Below are positions 39,938 to 49,273 of a stretch of 64,000 nucleotides of DNA, one piece after another. The notes beneath the pieces are model-generated. The model searched no databases, was not told where the DNA came from, and saw only the letters and a program-made list of their open reading frames with translations. The stretch spans positions 12,004 through 76,003 of the forward strand of contig JBHLMP010000013.1 of assembly GCA_048938025.1 (NCBI GenBank), read 5' to 3'. Every line of letters begins with the position of its first letter. Position 1 is the stretch's first letter. This stretch comes from Promethearchaeota archaeon. GTDB lineage: Archaea; Asgardarchaeota; Lokiarchaeia; Sigyniarchaeales; SOKP01. The translations under genes and the position numbers were made by a program.

Positions 39938-41434
39938 ATGTCTGACTCAGATACAACTGAAATGGTTGATTTTAGTAAGTTATTTTACCCAAGAGCTATT
40001 GGTATTATTGGAGCTAGTTACAAACCTGCTGGAGGGGGATATTTTGTCGAAATCATGAAGGATAGATTTCGAAATCCTATCTATCTTTTTAATCCCCGTT
40101 TAGCTGATTCTGAATTATTTGGTTTAAAGGTTTATCGCTCAATCTTAGAAATCCCTAAAGAAAATCCAATTGATTATGTAATAATTGGTGTTCCCGCTAA
40201 AGTAGTCCCCAGAGTTTTAGAAGAAGTTGGCCAGAAAGGGGTACCATTTGCTACAGTTTTTACTTCTGGGTTTAGTGAAGTTGGAAATGAAGATTTAGAG
40301 AGCCAAGTACTTAGCTTAGCTAAAAAATATCATATTCGTATCATAGGACCAAATTGCTTGGGTGTTTATAATCCAGAAGCAGGATTATATATTGGAAGAG
40401 ATCAATCAAAAAAAGCGGGAAATTTTGGATCTGTGTTACAATCTGGTGGATTAGCAGTAAATGTAGCTCAATTAGCCTGTACTTATGGAGTAGAAGTCTC
40501 AAAGATGATATCAATTGGTAATGCTATTGATTTGACACATCCTGATTTTCTAGAATATTTTCTCATTGATAATCGCACAGCAATTATAGGATTGTATCTT
40601 GAAAATCTTAAAACACAAAAGAACGGTCGCCGATTCATGAAAGCAGCCAAGCAATGTAATCTAAATAGAAAACCTGTCATATTATGGAGAGCTGGTTATG
40701 GAGAAGCAACTAAGAAAGCAATAATGTCCCATACGGGAGGTTTAGCAGGAAACAATAAAATTTGGCAAGCAGTTGCTAAACAAACAGGTTGCAGTTTAGT
40801 TAATAACTCGGTTGAGCTTGCGACATTAGCTTCTGCTTTTAAATTAATTCGTTTACCCACTACACGCAATATTGGATTAATAGGAATTGGTGGGGGTTCA
40901 ACAATAGAAGCAGGAGATACTTTAGAAAAATATGATTTGAAAATTCCTCAACTAACTGAAAAAACAATTATCAAAATGAGTCGCTTTTTACCTGACGTAA
41001 ATACGAATTTTACAAATCCTATTGATCTTGGAGCTCAGGGAGCTCTTCCTCATATTTATTACCGGACAATTTTAACTCTTGATAAAGACCCTAATATATC
41101 TTGTATAGTGTTTGTTAAAGATCCTGAGCGATTCCGCAAGTTAGAAGACTCACTACTAGGTAAATTAGGATTTGATAAAGGTGTAGATTTAAATCGAGAA
41201 TTTATTAGGTACATTAGTAAAGCAAAAAGAATTTGTACAAAACCTATGCTTTGTGTAATGTTAAAAATTTCGGAAGGATTTGAGGAATACAAGAGCCGGT
41301 ATAAATTTAAGCTAAAGTTATTGAATCGTAATGTACCTGTTTTTGAGAATTTCGACCTTGCTGGAAAAGTTCTTGATAAAATGAATACTTATAGGGAATT
41401 TCTACAAATTCATGGAAAGTATCCAAAAAGTTAA
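39938..41434 (+). CDS. ADP-forming acyl-CoA synthetase alpha-like subunit (CoA-binding)
   Basis: PRAIGIIGAS, TSGFSE, IIGPNCLG, QSGG, SIGN, SHTGGLAG (phospho-His), NPIDL. Confidence 0.88.
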   Translation: MSDSDTTEMVDFSKLFYPRAIGIIGASYKPAGGGYFVEIMKDRFRNPIYLFNPRLADSELFGLKVYRSILEIPKENPIDYVIIGVPAKVVPRVLEEVGQKGVPFATVFTSGFSEVGNEDLESQVLSLAKKYHIRIIGPNCLGVYNPEAGLYIGRDQSKKAGNFGSVLQSGGLAVNVAQLACTYGVEVSKMISIGNAIDLTHPDFLEYFLIDNRTAIIGLYLENLKTQKNGRRFMKAAKQCNLNRKPVILWRAGYGEATKKAIMSHTGGLAGNNKIWQAVAKQTGCSLVNNSVELATLASAFKLIRLPTTRNIGLIGIGGGSTIEAGDTLEKYDLKIPQLTEKTIIKMSRFLPDVNTNFTNPIDLGAQGALPHIYYRTILTLDKDPNISCIVFVKDPERFRKLEDSLLGKLGFDKGVDLNREFIRYISKAKRICTKPMLCVMLKISEGFEEYKSRYKFKLKLLNRNVPVFENFDLAGKVLDKMNTYREFLQIHGKYPKS

Positions 41435-42249
41435 CCCATTTTCTGTGAATTATGTAAATGCCTAACTTCTATAGGGCGTCCAGGGCTACCTTGATAATAT
41501 GTTTTACCACTTTTTCCCCGCCAATTCTTGTGTAATACGGTATTAGGGAATATAATATTATCGTCTGTCGTCAACGCATTTGGACCTGCTATTGTCCCTG
41601 GATAAAATGTATTGTTTTTTCCTATTTTAATCTCCATCATAGTGATTTTACCGAAAATGGTATTAACTGCATGACTTGATAAAGCACTTGAAGGATAAAA
41701 AAATGTATTATCTCCTATATCAGTAAATTCTAAACCTACATACCCATCACAATAAATAACATTATGTCCAATTTTGTTATGCGAAATTTTTCGAAGTGTT
41801 CGATTTACGAGCCACGGAAATGGAGACTTTGAAGTTATCCACATAGGATATTTAATAATAAAACCTCTTTTATGATAGTATTTCATCATCTTGCCTTCTG
41901 GACTATTTATATCGTCAAGAACACGAGTAAAAACACCCTCTTGAGGTGGTGATTTTTTATGCCAATACCTAGTCCATAAAGCTACAAATTCGATTAACAC
42001 AATCAAATAGATATAATAGAGTAATAAAAGAAATCCCGGTAATATAAGTAAATGAAAGAATCGTGGAATTGAAAATAATCTAATAAAACCATATTCGAAC
42101 AAGAGGAAAAGCCCTAAACAAACATAAAGGGGAACTAAAAAACTAATAAAATTGATTTTAAAGAAATCTAACGCAGGAAGCTCCACTGTTTTTTCTTGTT
42201 TCTCTTCAAAACTTAACTCATCCTCTTTTTCCGTTTTATCGGCTTCCAT
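41431..42249 (-). CDS. Membrane protein with C-terminal left-handed beta-helix
   Basis: Two N-terminal TMs, then KIGHNV, DIGDNT, KIGKNN hexapeptide repeats and YQGSPGR. Confidence 0.65.
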   Translation of the reverse strand: MEADKTEKEDELSFEEKQEKTVELPALDFFKINFISFLVPLYVCLGLFLLFEYGFIRLFSIPRFFHLLILPGFLLLLYYIYLIVLIEFVALWTRYWHKKSPPQEGVFTRVLDDINSPEGKMMKYYHKRGFIIKYPMWITSKSPFPWLVNRTLRKISHNKIGHNVIYCDGYVGLEFTDIGDNTFFYPSSALSSHAVNTIFGKITMMEIKIGKNNTFYPGTIAGPNALTTDDNIIFPNTVLHKNWRGKSGKTYYQGSPGRPIEVRHLHNSQKMG

Positions 42250-42310
42250 AATTTAACTAATATTAGCAGATTATAAAAAATTATTTGTTAATTATTACCT
42301 ATTTTTCTTA

Positions 42311-43585
42311 TTATTTTACAATTTCTTCTAGTTTCTTAAATTGATCCTTTTGCATTAATGGTATAATCTTTTTAAAGGCCATAATGAATGCTATAAATGC
42401 GATTAAACCCATTACAAGTCCATATAAATAAGTATCAAACTCTTGTAATAAGAATGTTCCTAATAATGGACCTATAATTTGAGCAATACTATCTAATGTT
42501 GATGTATATCCATTTATTTTTCCGATTTCCTTTGGAGTAACAGTTTCAGTCACTTTACTCATTAACAAACCTCTTGCGCATGAAACTCCATAACTTATAA
42601 TTACCATTAAAACTATGAAGATCCAAGTTGTTGGATAAAAACTTCCAAAAAGTCCAAAAAGGACAAAAGTGATAACTAAAATGAGCAATCCAAGTATCGT
42701 CATATTCTTTTGACCAAATTTTCGCATACTAGGTTTAAACAATGTAAAACGTACAATTGCTCGTGATACCCCTGAAATTGTCAATAAAATACTCACTCCT
42801 ATGGTATCAAGTTTTAATATTATACCAATAAAGATTGATAAAGTTGTAACATACATAGTAAATGAGAATGTATGAAAAGCAAACTGGGTTAACAGATATA
42901 AAGCTTCATTATTTTCCCTTAACTTGATTTTTATCTTAATCTCCTTCTCCGCAATTTTTCGTTTAGATTTTGACCATGATTCTTTTATAAAGAAAAATGT
43001 AATTATAATTGTTAAAAAAGAAAGACCTGCAGCAATTAAACTAGGAAGAGCAATAGGATAATTTGGACCAAATATAAAAAATACTGATAAAAAGCCTGCT
43101 AATCCAGGAGCAACTAGGCCTGCTAGAGTATGAGCTACCCCAATATTTGTCATTTGCATACCCCGATCTTTAGGTGGAACGTTATCTGTAATAATTGCTT
43201 TAGTTATTGGATAATTGCCCCCAAAAATACCATCAACAATTCTGGCAACGAAAAGCAGAGTAAGAGAATTTGAGAAGGCTAAAATTAAAAAGGCTGAACA
43301 GGTTCCTGCTTCAGCAATTAAAAGCATAGGTTTTCTACCAAATTTATCGCTTAGTCTCCCCCACATTGGTGCAGAAAAAAGTGAAAAAATAGCATTTGTT
43401 GCTAGAAGTAATCCAATAATGACTGGTGTAGTGTTATATGTTATTATAAGAGAAGGTAAATATGGAATTATTATATAAAATCCTAAAATATCAACAAAAA
43501 GTCCTATCCATAAAGCGCTTAATTCGGGATATTTGATTTTAATTGAATTCTTTTTATCTTGACGATTTGGCAATTGTTGTTCCAT
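42311..43585 (-). CDS. MFS transporter (TetA/DHA1-like)
   Basis: DILGFYIIIP, WGRLSDKFGRKP motif A, ARIVDGIFGG; about 12 TM. Confidence 0.92.
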   Translation of the reverse strand: MEQQLPNRQDKKNSIKIKYPELSALWIGLFVDILGFYIIIPYLPSLIITYNTTPVIIGLLLATNAIFSLFSAPMWGRLSDKFGRKPMLLIAEAGTCSAFLILAFSNSLTLLFVARIVDGIFGGNYPITKAIITDNVPPKDRGMQMTNIGVAHTLAGLVAPGLAGFLSVFFIFGPNYPIALPSLIAAGLSFLTIIITFFFIKESWSKSKRKIAEKEIKIKIKLRENNEALYLLTQFAFHTFSFTMYVTTLSIFIGIILKLDTIGVSILLTISGVSRAIVRFTLFKPSMRKFGQKNMTILGLLILVITFVLFGLFGSFYPTTWIFIVLMVIISYGVSCARGLLMSKVTETVTPKEIGKINGYTSTLDSIAQIIGPLLGTFLLQEFDTYLYGLVMGLIAFIAFIMAFKKIIPLMQKDQFKKLEEIVK

Positions 43586-43765
43586 TTCAGTATAAATAAT
43601 TAGGGTTATTGCAAGTTAGATCGGAAAATTTAGAATACTTTTTAAAATTTCTATCTAGAAAAAATTACTTCTTTTTCTTGTCTATAGAGAAAGAGTAATT
43701 GAAAGGTAATTATTGATTAAATCAATAAAATAAACTTCTAAGAAAATAATCAATAAATTTAATAT

Positions 43766-44602
43766 TTAATTTCTCAAAAAATCAATTATAATCTTATTGA
43801 CTTCTGAAGCTCTTGTTTTTGGCGATTCATGACCCGCTTTTTCTATAACCTTAAAAACACTATTAGAAATGCTTTTATGCATTTCCTCCATAACGTTTTT
43901 TGGGCTTACTTTATCATGTGAAGCTGCTAATAGTAAAGAAGGACTTTTTATCTCGTGTAATCTTTCCAATGTATTAAATCCTTTCATTGCCTTTATTTGG
44001 AGTTCTATATCACGAGGAGTTGGCATAAGTATCGTACTTTCTCGGATTTCATCTTCAGCTGACCATATTCCAAAGAATTTTTTCTTAGGATTCGCTTTAA
44101 TTTCTTTTCGATATTTATGATAAAACCAAATATGAGCATTATCCCAGTATGCCTTCTCAGGGTCCACTTTAATAAGTTCTAATTGTTCTAGTCGATTTTT
44201 TTTCAAAATTTCTAAACCTACATTATCAGGACTGCCCGTGACAGTATTTATTAATACCAAATTATAAACATATTCAGGATATTGCAGAACAAACTGCTGA
44301 GCAATTAAACCTCCCATAGATACACCTAATACATGTGTCTTTTCTATTTTAAGGTAATCTAGTAGACTTCGAATATCGTCAGCTAAAGTTTCCATTGTAT
44401 AGGGTTCATTAACTCTTTCAGATTTTCCAGCCCCGCGATTGTCAAATATTATTACTTTAAACTTCTGTGATAAAGCAGGGATTTGACATTTAAAACCCTC
44501 TTTTCGCGATCCAAAACCATGAATTAAAATGATTGGGTCTCCTTTTCCAAAAATCTCATAACAGATTTTTACTCCATTGAGTTTCACAAAATATTCTGTC
44601 AT
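43766..44602 (-). CDS. Alpha/beta hydrolase (copy 1 of 3)
   Basis: LIHGFG, DNRGAGKS, GVSMGG, ASHD, AGH. Confidence 0.92.
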   Translation of the reverse strand: MTEYFVKLNGVKICYEIFGKGDPIILIHGFGSRKEGFKCQIPALSQKFKVIIFDNRGAGKSERVNEPYTMETLADDIRSLLDYLKIEKTHVLGVSMGGLIAQQFVLQYPEYVYNLVLINTVTGSPDNVGLEILKKNRLEQLELIKVDPEKAYWDNAHIWFYHKYRKEIKANPKKKFFGIWSAEDEIRESTILMPTPRDIELQIKAMKGFNTLERLHEIKSPSLLLAASHDKVSPKNVMEEMHKSISNSVFKVIEKAGHESPKTRASEVNKIIIDFLRN

Positions 44603-44664
44603 GTTAATTCATATTTAAATCATCTTTTTTAAAAACTAAAATAATTATTACATTAATTTAATCT

Positions 44665-45519
44665 CTAACTTTTAAGAAAATCTATGATATACTTATTAAC
44701 TTCTGGTGCTCTTTCTTTGTAAGAACTATGTCCTGCTTTCTCAATTACAATAAATTTACTATTAGGTATTCTTTCATGAATTTGCAGATTTACAGACTTA
44801 GGCATTTGGCGATCATTTGAAGCACACATTATTAATGTTTCACTTTTAATTTCATGCAATCGATCTATAATATTATGAGTCCCTAGCGCATGTGCTTGAT
44901 TTTCTATATCTTGTGGAGTTGCAGGGTTAATACTATCTTCTCTAATCAAATCTTCCGCTGAAAACAGACCATGAAATTTCTTTTTTGGATTTTCCTTCAT
45001 CTCTTTTCGAAATTTAAGTGTATAACTCATAGGAGTTGAATCGAAAAATGCTTTAACAGGATCTTTCAATCTTTTTTTGTAGGAAGTTATTTTTCCCTGC
45101 TTGTAGAGTTCTAAGCCAGATTTTTCTTCAGGCCATTTAGGAGTTGTATTTATTAAAACTAATTTAATTACGCAATTAGGATATTTAACAGCAAAGTGTT
45201 GAGCAATCATACCTCCAACGGAGACTCCAACAATGTGAGCTTTATCGATTTTGAGATATTCCATCAAACCATTTATATCATCAGCAAATAATTCCATAGT
45301 ATATAGCTGATTTGGACGATCAGATTTACCAGATCCTCGATTATCGAATTTTATTACCTTGAAATGTTCAGATAAGGGACCAAATTGTGCTATCCAACTT
45401 TCTTTTTTTGCTCCGAATCCATGAATTAAGAAAACTGGTACTCCTTCACCTTTTATTTCATAACATATTTTTATTCTATTAACTTCTGCAAATAATTCAG
45501 ACATGTAAGAATCATCCAT
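44665..45519 (-). CDS. Alpha/beta hydrolase (copy 2 of 3)
   Basis: LIHGFG, DNRGSGKS, GVSVGG, ASND, AGH. Confidence 0.92.
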   Translation of the reverse strand: MDDSYMSELFAEVNRIKICYEIKGEGVPVFLIHGFGAKKESWIAQFGPLSEHFKVIKFDNRGSGKSDRPNQLYTMELFADDINGLMEYLKIDKAHIVGVSVGGMIAQHFAVKYPNCVIKLVLINTTPKWPEEKSGLELYKQGKITSYKKRLKDPVKAFFDSTPMSYTLKFRKEMKENPKKKFHGLFSAEDLIREDSINPATPQDIENQAHALGTHNIIDRLHEIKSETLIMCASNDRQMPKSVNLQIHERIPNSKFIVIEKAGHSSYKERAPEVNKYIIDFLKS

Positions 45520-45611
45520 GTAATTATTTCAAGTTAGATAATCAAATCTTCATCAATATTAAAGATTTTTTCCTAAATTCTATAAATAAGAAGATTGAAG
45601 GATTTCACATT

Positions 45612-46475
45612 CTAATCTTTTAAAAAACCAATAATAATTTTATTGACTTCAGGAGCTTTAGATTTTAGATATTCATGTCCTGCTTTATCAATTATTCTGA
45701 ATAAACTATTGGGTATTCTTTCATGAATTTCTAACATTACTGATTTGGGTACTAACCTATCATGAGAAGCAGCTAATATCAGTGTTTTATGCTTGATTTC
45801 ATGCAATCTATCGAATGTATTTTGTGTCTTAAGAGCATGTGCTAAATTTTTAATGTCTTGAGGAGTAGGTGGATTAGTTCTAAAGTATTCCATAAGATCC
45901 TCAGGTGACCAGAGTCCATAAAACTTCCTTTTCGGTTCATTTATCATTTTTTTTCTAAATTTAAAGTCAAATCCTAGTAGAGTACTGTTCCAAAACGCAG
46001 CTTCTGGATCTTTTTTTAAAAGCTCTAATCCATCTAATCGAGATTTAATATATGCTTCTGGACCTCCGCCTTCTGAAATTTTTGCTATCGAACTAATCAA
46101 TATTAGTTTGTCTACTTTTTCAGGATACTTTAAAACGAAATTTTGAAGTATTGTACCACCAAGAGAAAAACCTATAAAATGAGCCATCTTAATTTTTAGG
46201 AGATCCATTAATCCTTTTAGATCATCTACAAATAAATCCATAGTATATGGCTGATCTGGTCGTTCAGATTTGCCAGTTCCCCGACAATCATACCTTATTA
46301 CCTCAAAATGTTCAGATAAAGACTCAAACTGAGCCATCCAGCTTTCTTTTTTTGAACCAAAACCATGAACTAAAAATACCGGTTTTCCTTCTCCTTTCAC
46401 TTCATAACAAAGTTTTATTCCATTGATATCAGCAAAAAATTCTGTCATAATAACCATTATTTTATTTCTTTTCAA
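45612..46475 (-). CDS. Alpha/beta hydrolase (copy 3 of 3)
   Basis: LVHGFG, DCRGTGKS, GFSLGG, ASHD, AGH; start probably at MTEFFA. Confidence 0.92.
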   Translation of the reverse strand: MKRNKIMVIMTEFFADINGIKLCYEVKGEGKPVFLVHGFGSKKESWMAQFESLSEHFEVIRYDCRGTGKSERPDQPYTMDLFVDDLKGLMDLLKIKMAHFIGFSLGGTILQNFVLKYPEKVDKLILISSIAKISEGGGPEAYIKSRLDGLELLKKDPEAAFWNSTLLGFDFKFRKKMINEPKRKFYGLWSPEDLMEYFRTNPPTPQDIKNLAHALKTQNTFDRLHEIKHKTLILAASHDRLVPKSVMLEIHERIPNSLFRIIDKAGHEYLKSKAPEVNKIIIGFLKD

Positions 46476-46484
46476 TATTCTTTT

Positions 46485-47549
46485 TTACATCTTACATATC
46501 GAGAATCCACAAAATTTACAATTTCCTTTATTATCTAAATTCAATTCACTGATACCAAAGATGACTCTTTTAATAACTATCTTAGAGCAGTTTGGACATA
46601 TAGTATGTTCATATTCTGTATTTGGCAAGTTTCCAAGGTAAACATATTTTAAGCCAATATTTTTAGCAATTTCATATGCATTATATAATGTTTTTAATGG
46701 TGTTGGGTTTTCATAACCATAATCAAAAGATTTGTAATGTGGAAAAAATCGACTTATATGAAAGGGGGTAAATTCTCCTAACTCTTCCAATATTCTCTCA
46801 GCAATATTTCTAATAATCTTCTCATCAGAATTTAAACCTTCAATCACTAAGGTAGTAATCTCTAAATGTATCCCTAATTCAATTGCTTTTTTAGCATTTC
46901 GCCATACTTTTTCTATATCTATTCCACAATATTTCTGAACCATATCTGCCCCTCCTTTTATATCAATATTAATAGCATCAAGTCCATGTTTAGCTAACTC
47001 TTTAAGAACTTCTTCGGTCATGTACCCATTGGATACATAGGTATTATATAATCCTTCCTTTTTAGCTAATTTAAACACATCTAATGAATATTCAAATAGA
47101 AGTGTTGGCTCATTAAAAGATATTGAAGTTCCCCGACAATTATTTTTTAATGCTATTTCTATAAATTTTTCAGGGGAGATAAAATCGCTCGAATTTCTTA
47201 CAAGCTCTATAATTTCTTTTGAGGGATGTGAGAGATGATGATTCTGACACCACCAACAATTAAAATTACATCCATATGTACCTACAGTAAGAGCTGTGCT
47301 TCCAGGATAAAAGTGATATAATGGTTTTTTTTCAATAGGATTAAATGATAAAGCGGGTATTAAACCATAAACAATACTGTATATTTTGCTATTTTGATTG
47401 ATTCTCGTTTGACAAAATCCAGTTTTACCCTCACTAATTTTACATTTTCTCTCACAAGTTAAGCATTGAGAAATATAATTGTCAAGTTTTTGTTGGAACT
47501 TCCCAATTTTTAAAAATTTTGAATTCAATCCTTTGATATTACTGTTCAT
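46485..47549 (-). CDS. amrS: AmmeMemoRadiSam system radical SAM enzyme
   Basis: CLTCERKC...GFCQTR, PIEKKPLYHFYPG, GCNFNCWWCQN, FNEP, HISRFFPHY, YVYLGN. Confidence 0.92.
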   Translation of the reverse strand: MNSNIKGLNSKFLKIGKFQQKLDNYISQCLTCERKCKISEGKTGFCQTRINQNSKIYSIVYGLIPALSFNPIEKKPLYHFYPGSTALTVGTYGCNFNCWWCQNHHLSHPSKEIIELVRNSSDFISPEKFIEIALKNNCRGTSISFNEPTLLFEYSLDVFKLAKKEGLYNTYVSNGYMTEEVLKELAKHGLDAINIDIKGGADMVQKYCGIDIEKVWRNAKKAIELGIHLEITTLVIEGLNSDEKIIRNIAERILEELGEFTPFHISRFFPHYKSFDYGYENPTPLKTLYNAYEIAKNIGLKYVYLGNLPNTEYEHTICPNCSKIVIKRVIFGISELNLDNKGNCKFCGFSICKM

Positions 47550-47591
47550 TACTATATGATCAAATATTATTCCTACAATTATAAGATTGGA

Positions 47592-47879
47592 TTATATTAC
47601 ATTTAAATGAAATACATCTGGTTCTTTCAATTCCCAATCTTCAAACGGATCATCCTTAACAGCTTCAACCATAGCAGGCCTTGCGGCAAGCCAATCCTCT
47701 TTAGATTCCCAAATTGCTAAACCAATAAGTCTGTCAGTATCTTCATCTTTAGTAGTATATGCCATTATCAAACCTTCTTTTTCTTTCATAGCATCGCCAA
47801 ATCTATGCATCGAATCAATTAGATATTTCTCTTTTCCTTCTTTAGGGAAATGTATAGACATATGAATAAATATTTTCAA
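47592..47879 (-). CDS. ABM (antibiotic biosynthesis monooxygenase)-like dimeric alpha/beta barrel protein
   Basis: 95 aa, EGLI...LIGLAIWESKEDW pattern; strong GGAGGTG SD. Confidence 0.75.
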   Translation of the reverse strand: MKIFIHMSIHFPKEGKEKYLIDSMHRFGDAMKEKEGLIMAYTTKDEDTDRLIGLAIWESKEDWLAARPAMVEAVKDDPFEDWELKEPDVFHLNVI

Positions 47880-47902
47880 ACACCTCCAAGAATTTTTATA
47901 AA

Positions 47903-49273
47903 TTACCTTGTTTTCATTAAAGGCATTATTAAACGAAATAATTTTGAATAAATTTTTCTTATAATTGAACTCTCAAATAAATATCTTAGTAATTTTAATA
48001 ATCTATACTTTTTTGGCTTAAAAGTACTTAATTCTCTATCATAAGTGATTCCACTGATAAAGAAGTTCTTCTTAAATAATGATATAAGTAGAGAATATGT
48101 AATTATGGTTATTATATCCCAAGCTCGTTTAATATGAACTTTAGGATAATTAAGAGATTCTCCCATAGCCATCCGAACGATCTCAATAAGATGATAAATA
48201 TCAATTTTACTACCAATTAATTCTCTTGTAGCCCACAATAGATAGATACATCCTCCACAATAGGAAACAAGGGCTCTTGCTCCTGTTTCTTCAGCCTCCT
48301 TAAATTTTTTGATTCCTTCAGAAATCATATCAAACGGGATAGATATATTTTTGACCCAAGATGCTCCTGCTCCGAACCCACAGCATAAAGAATCTTTTCT
48401 AATATGTTCCATCTCAATTATTTCACATCCACATTTCTTTAATATTTCACGGGGAAAATCCCAATAAGATCCTCCTAGAACCTTAGAATAGCAATTATCA
48501 TGCACAGTTATAGCAAAGTCAAGTTTATTTGGTAATTTTATATCTCCTGAATCTAATTTATCTAATAACCAGTGATTAAAATTAACAAACTTTTGATTAT
48601 GTTCTATTCCCATCTCTTTTGGATGTACTTCATTGAATATATACTCAACAGCATCTAATATTGCTACTATCGGGTTTACCCCCCACCCATCAAAATCCTC
48701 TTTTGTACGTTGGGCAATTTTCTGAACAACGTCTAAATATCCTCCTTGATATAAATATGCCCCTCCTTCCCATTGATCTATTCTATCAATCGGGTTGAAA
48801 AAATTTAATAACCTGCTTCCACCGATGATAAATGGAAATAAATGTGTATAATTTCCAATTAGTAAAATTTTATCACCTGGTTTAGGAATATAATGAACCC
48901 ATTTATAAATCCATCTTCTCTCCTGATTTGAAAGAAATAAATTAAGAAGCTGCCAAATATTATGTTCTTCAGTTGGACATACAAAGTGATAAAGTGGTGG
49001 AGCACCTCTTTTTTTATAAAGATCATTCCATCTTTCAAGAATTAATTGGTATGGATTAGCTTGTTTTGGACAATATAGATTACATGAAAAACATGTGTTA
49101 CATTTATAAAGAGTATATTTAGATTCCTCACCTTTAATTAATCTTTGAAATTCTTTTTTTGCTTCTTCTAAAGGTAATTTTAGAACGGGACATAAATGAA
49201 GACATTGACCACAGAGGTCACATAAATCTTCCCGAAAAGCAGGTATTCTTTTACTCTCTTGCATAATTACCAC
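47903..49273 (-). CDS. HdrD/GlpC-like Fe-S oxidoreductase
   Basis: CDLCGQCLHLCP, CNTCFSCNLYCP, HDNC, LCCGFG, YCGGC. Confidence 0.85.
   Translation of the reverse strand: MVIMQESKRIPAFREDLCDLCGQCLHLCPVLKLPLEEAKKEFQRLIKGEESKYTLYKCNTCFSCNLYCPKQANPYQLILERWNDLYKKRGAPPLYHFVCPTEEHNIWQLLNLFLSNQERRWIYKWVHYIPKPGDKILLIGNYTHLFPFIIGGSRLLNFFNPIDRIDQWEGGAYLYQGGYLDVVQKIAQRTKEDFDGWGVNPIVAILDAVEYIFNEVHPKEMGIEHNQKFVNFNHWLLDKLDSGDIKLPNKLDFAITVHDNCYSKVLGGSYWDFPREILKKCGCEIIEMEHIRKDSLCCGFGAGASWVKNISIPFDMISEGIKKFKEAEETGARALVSYCGGCIYLLWATRELIGSKIDIYHLIEIVRMAMGESLNYPKVHIKRAWDIITIITYSLLISLFKKNFFISGITYDRELSTFKPKKYRLLKLLRYLFESSIIRKIYSKLFRLIMPLMKTR

Noticed and set aside
43660-43702. Imperfect hairpin between hydrolase 1 and the MFS gene
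   Set aside because: Short, AT-rich and mismatched; indistinguishable from background.
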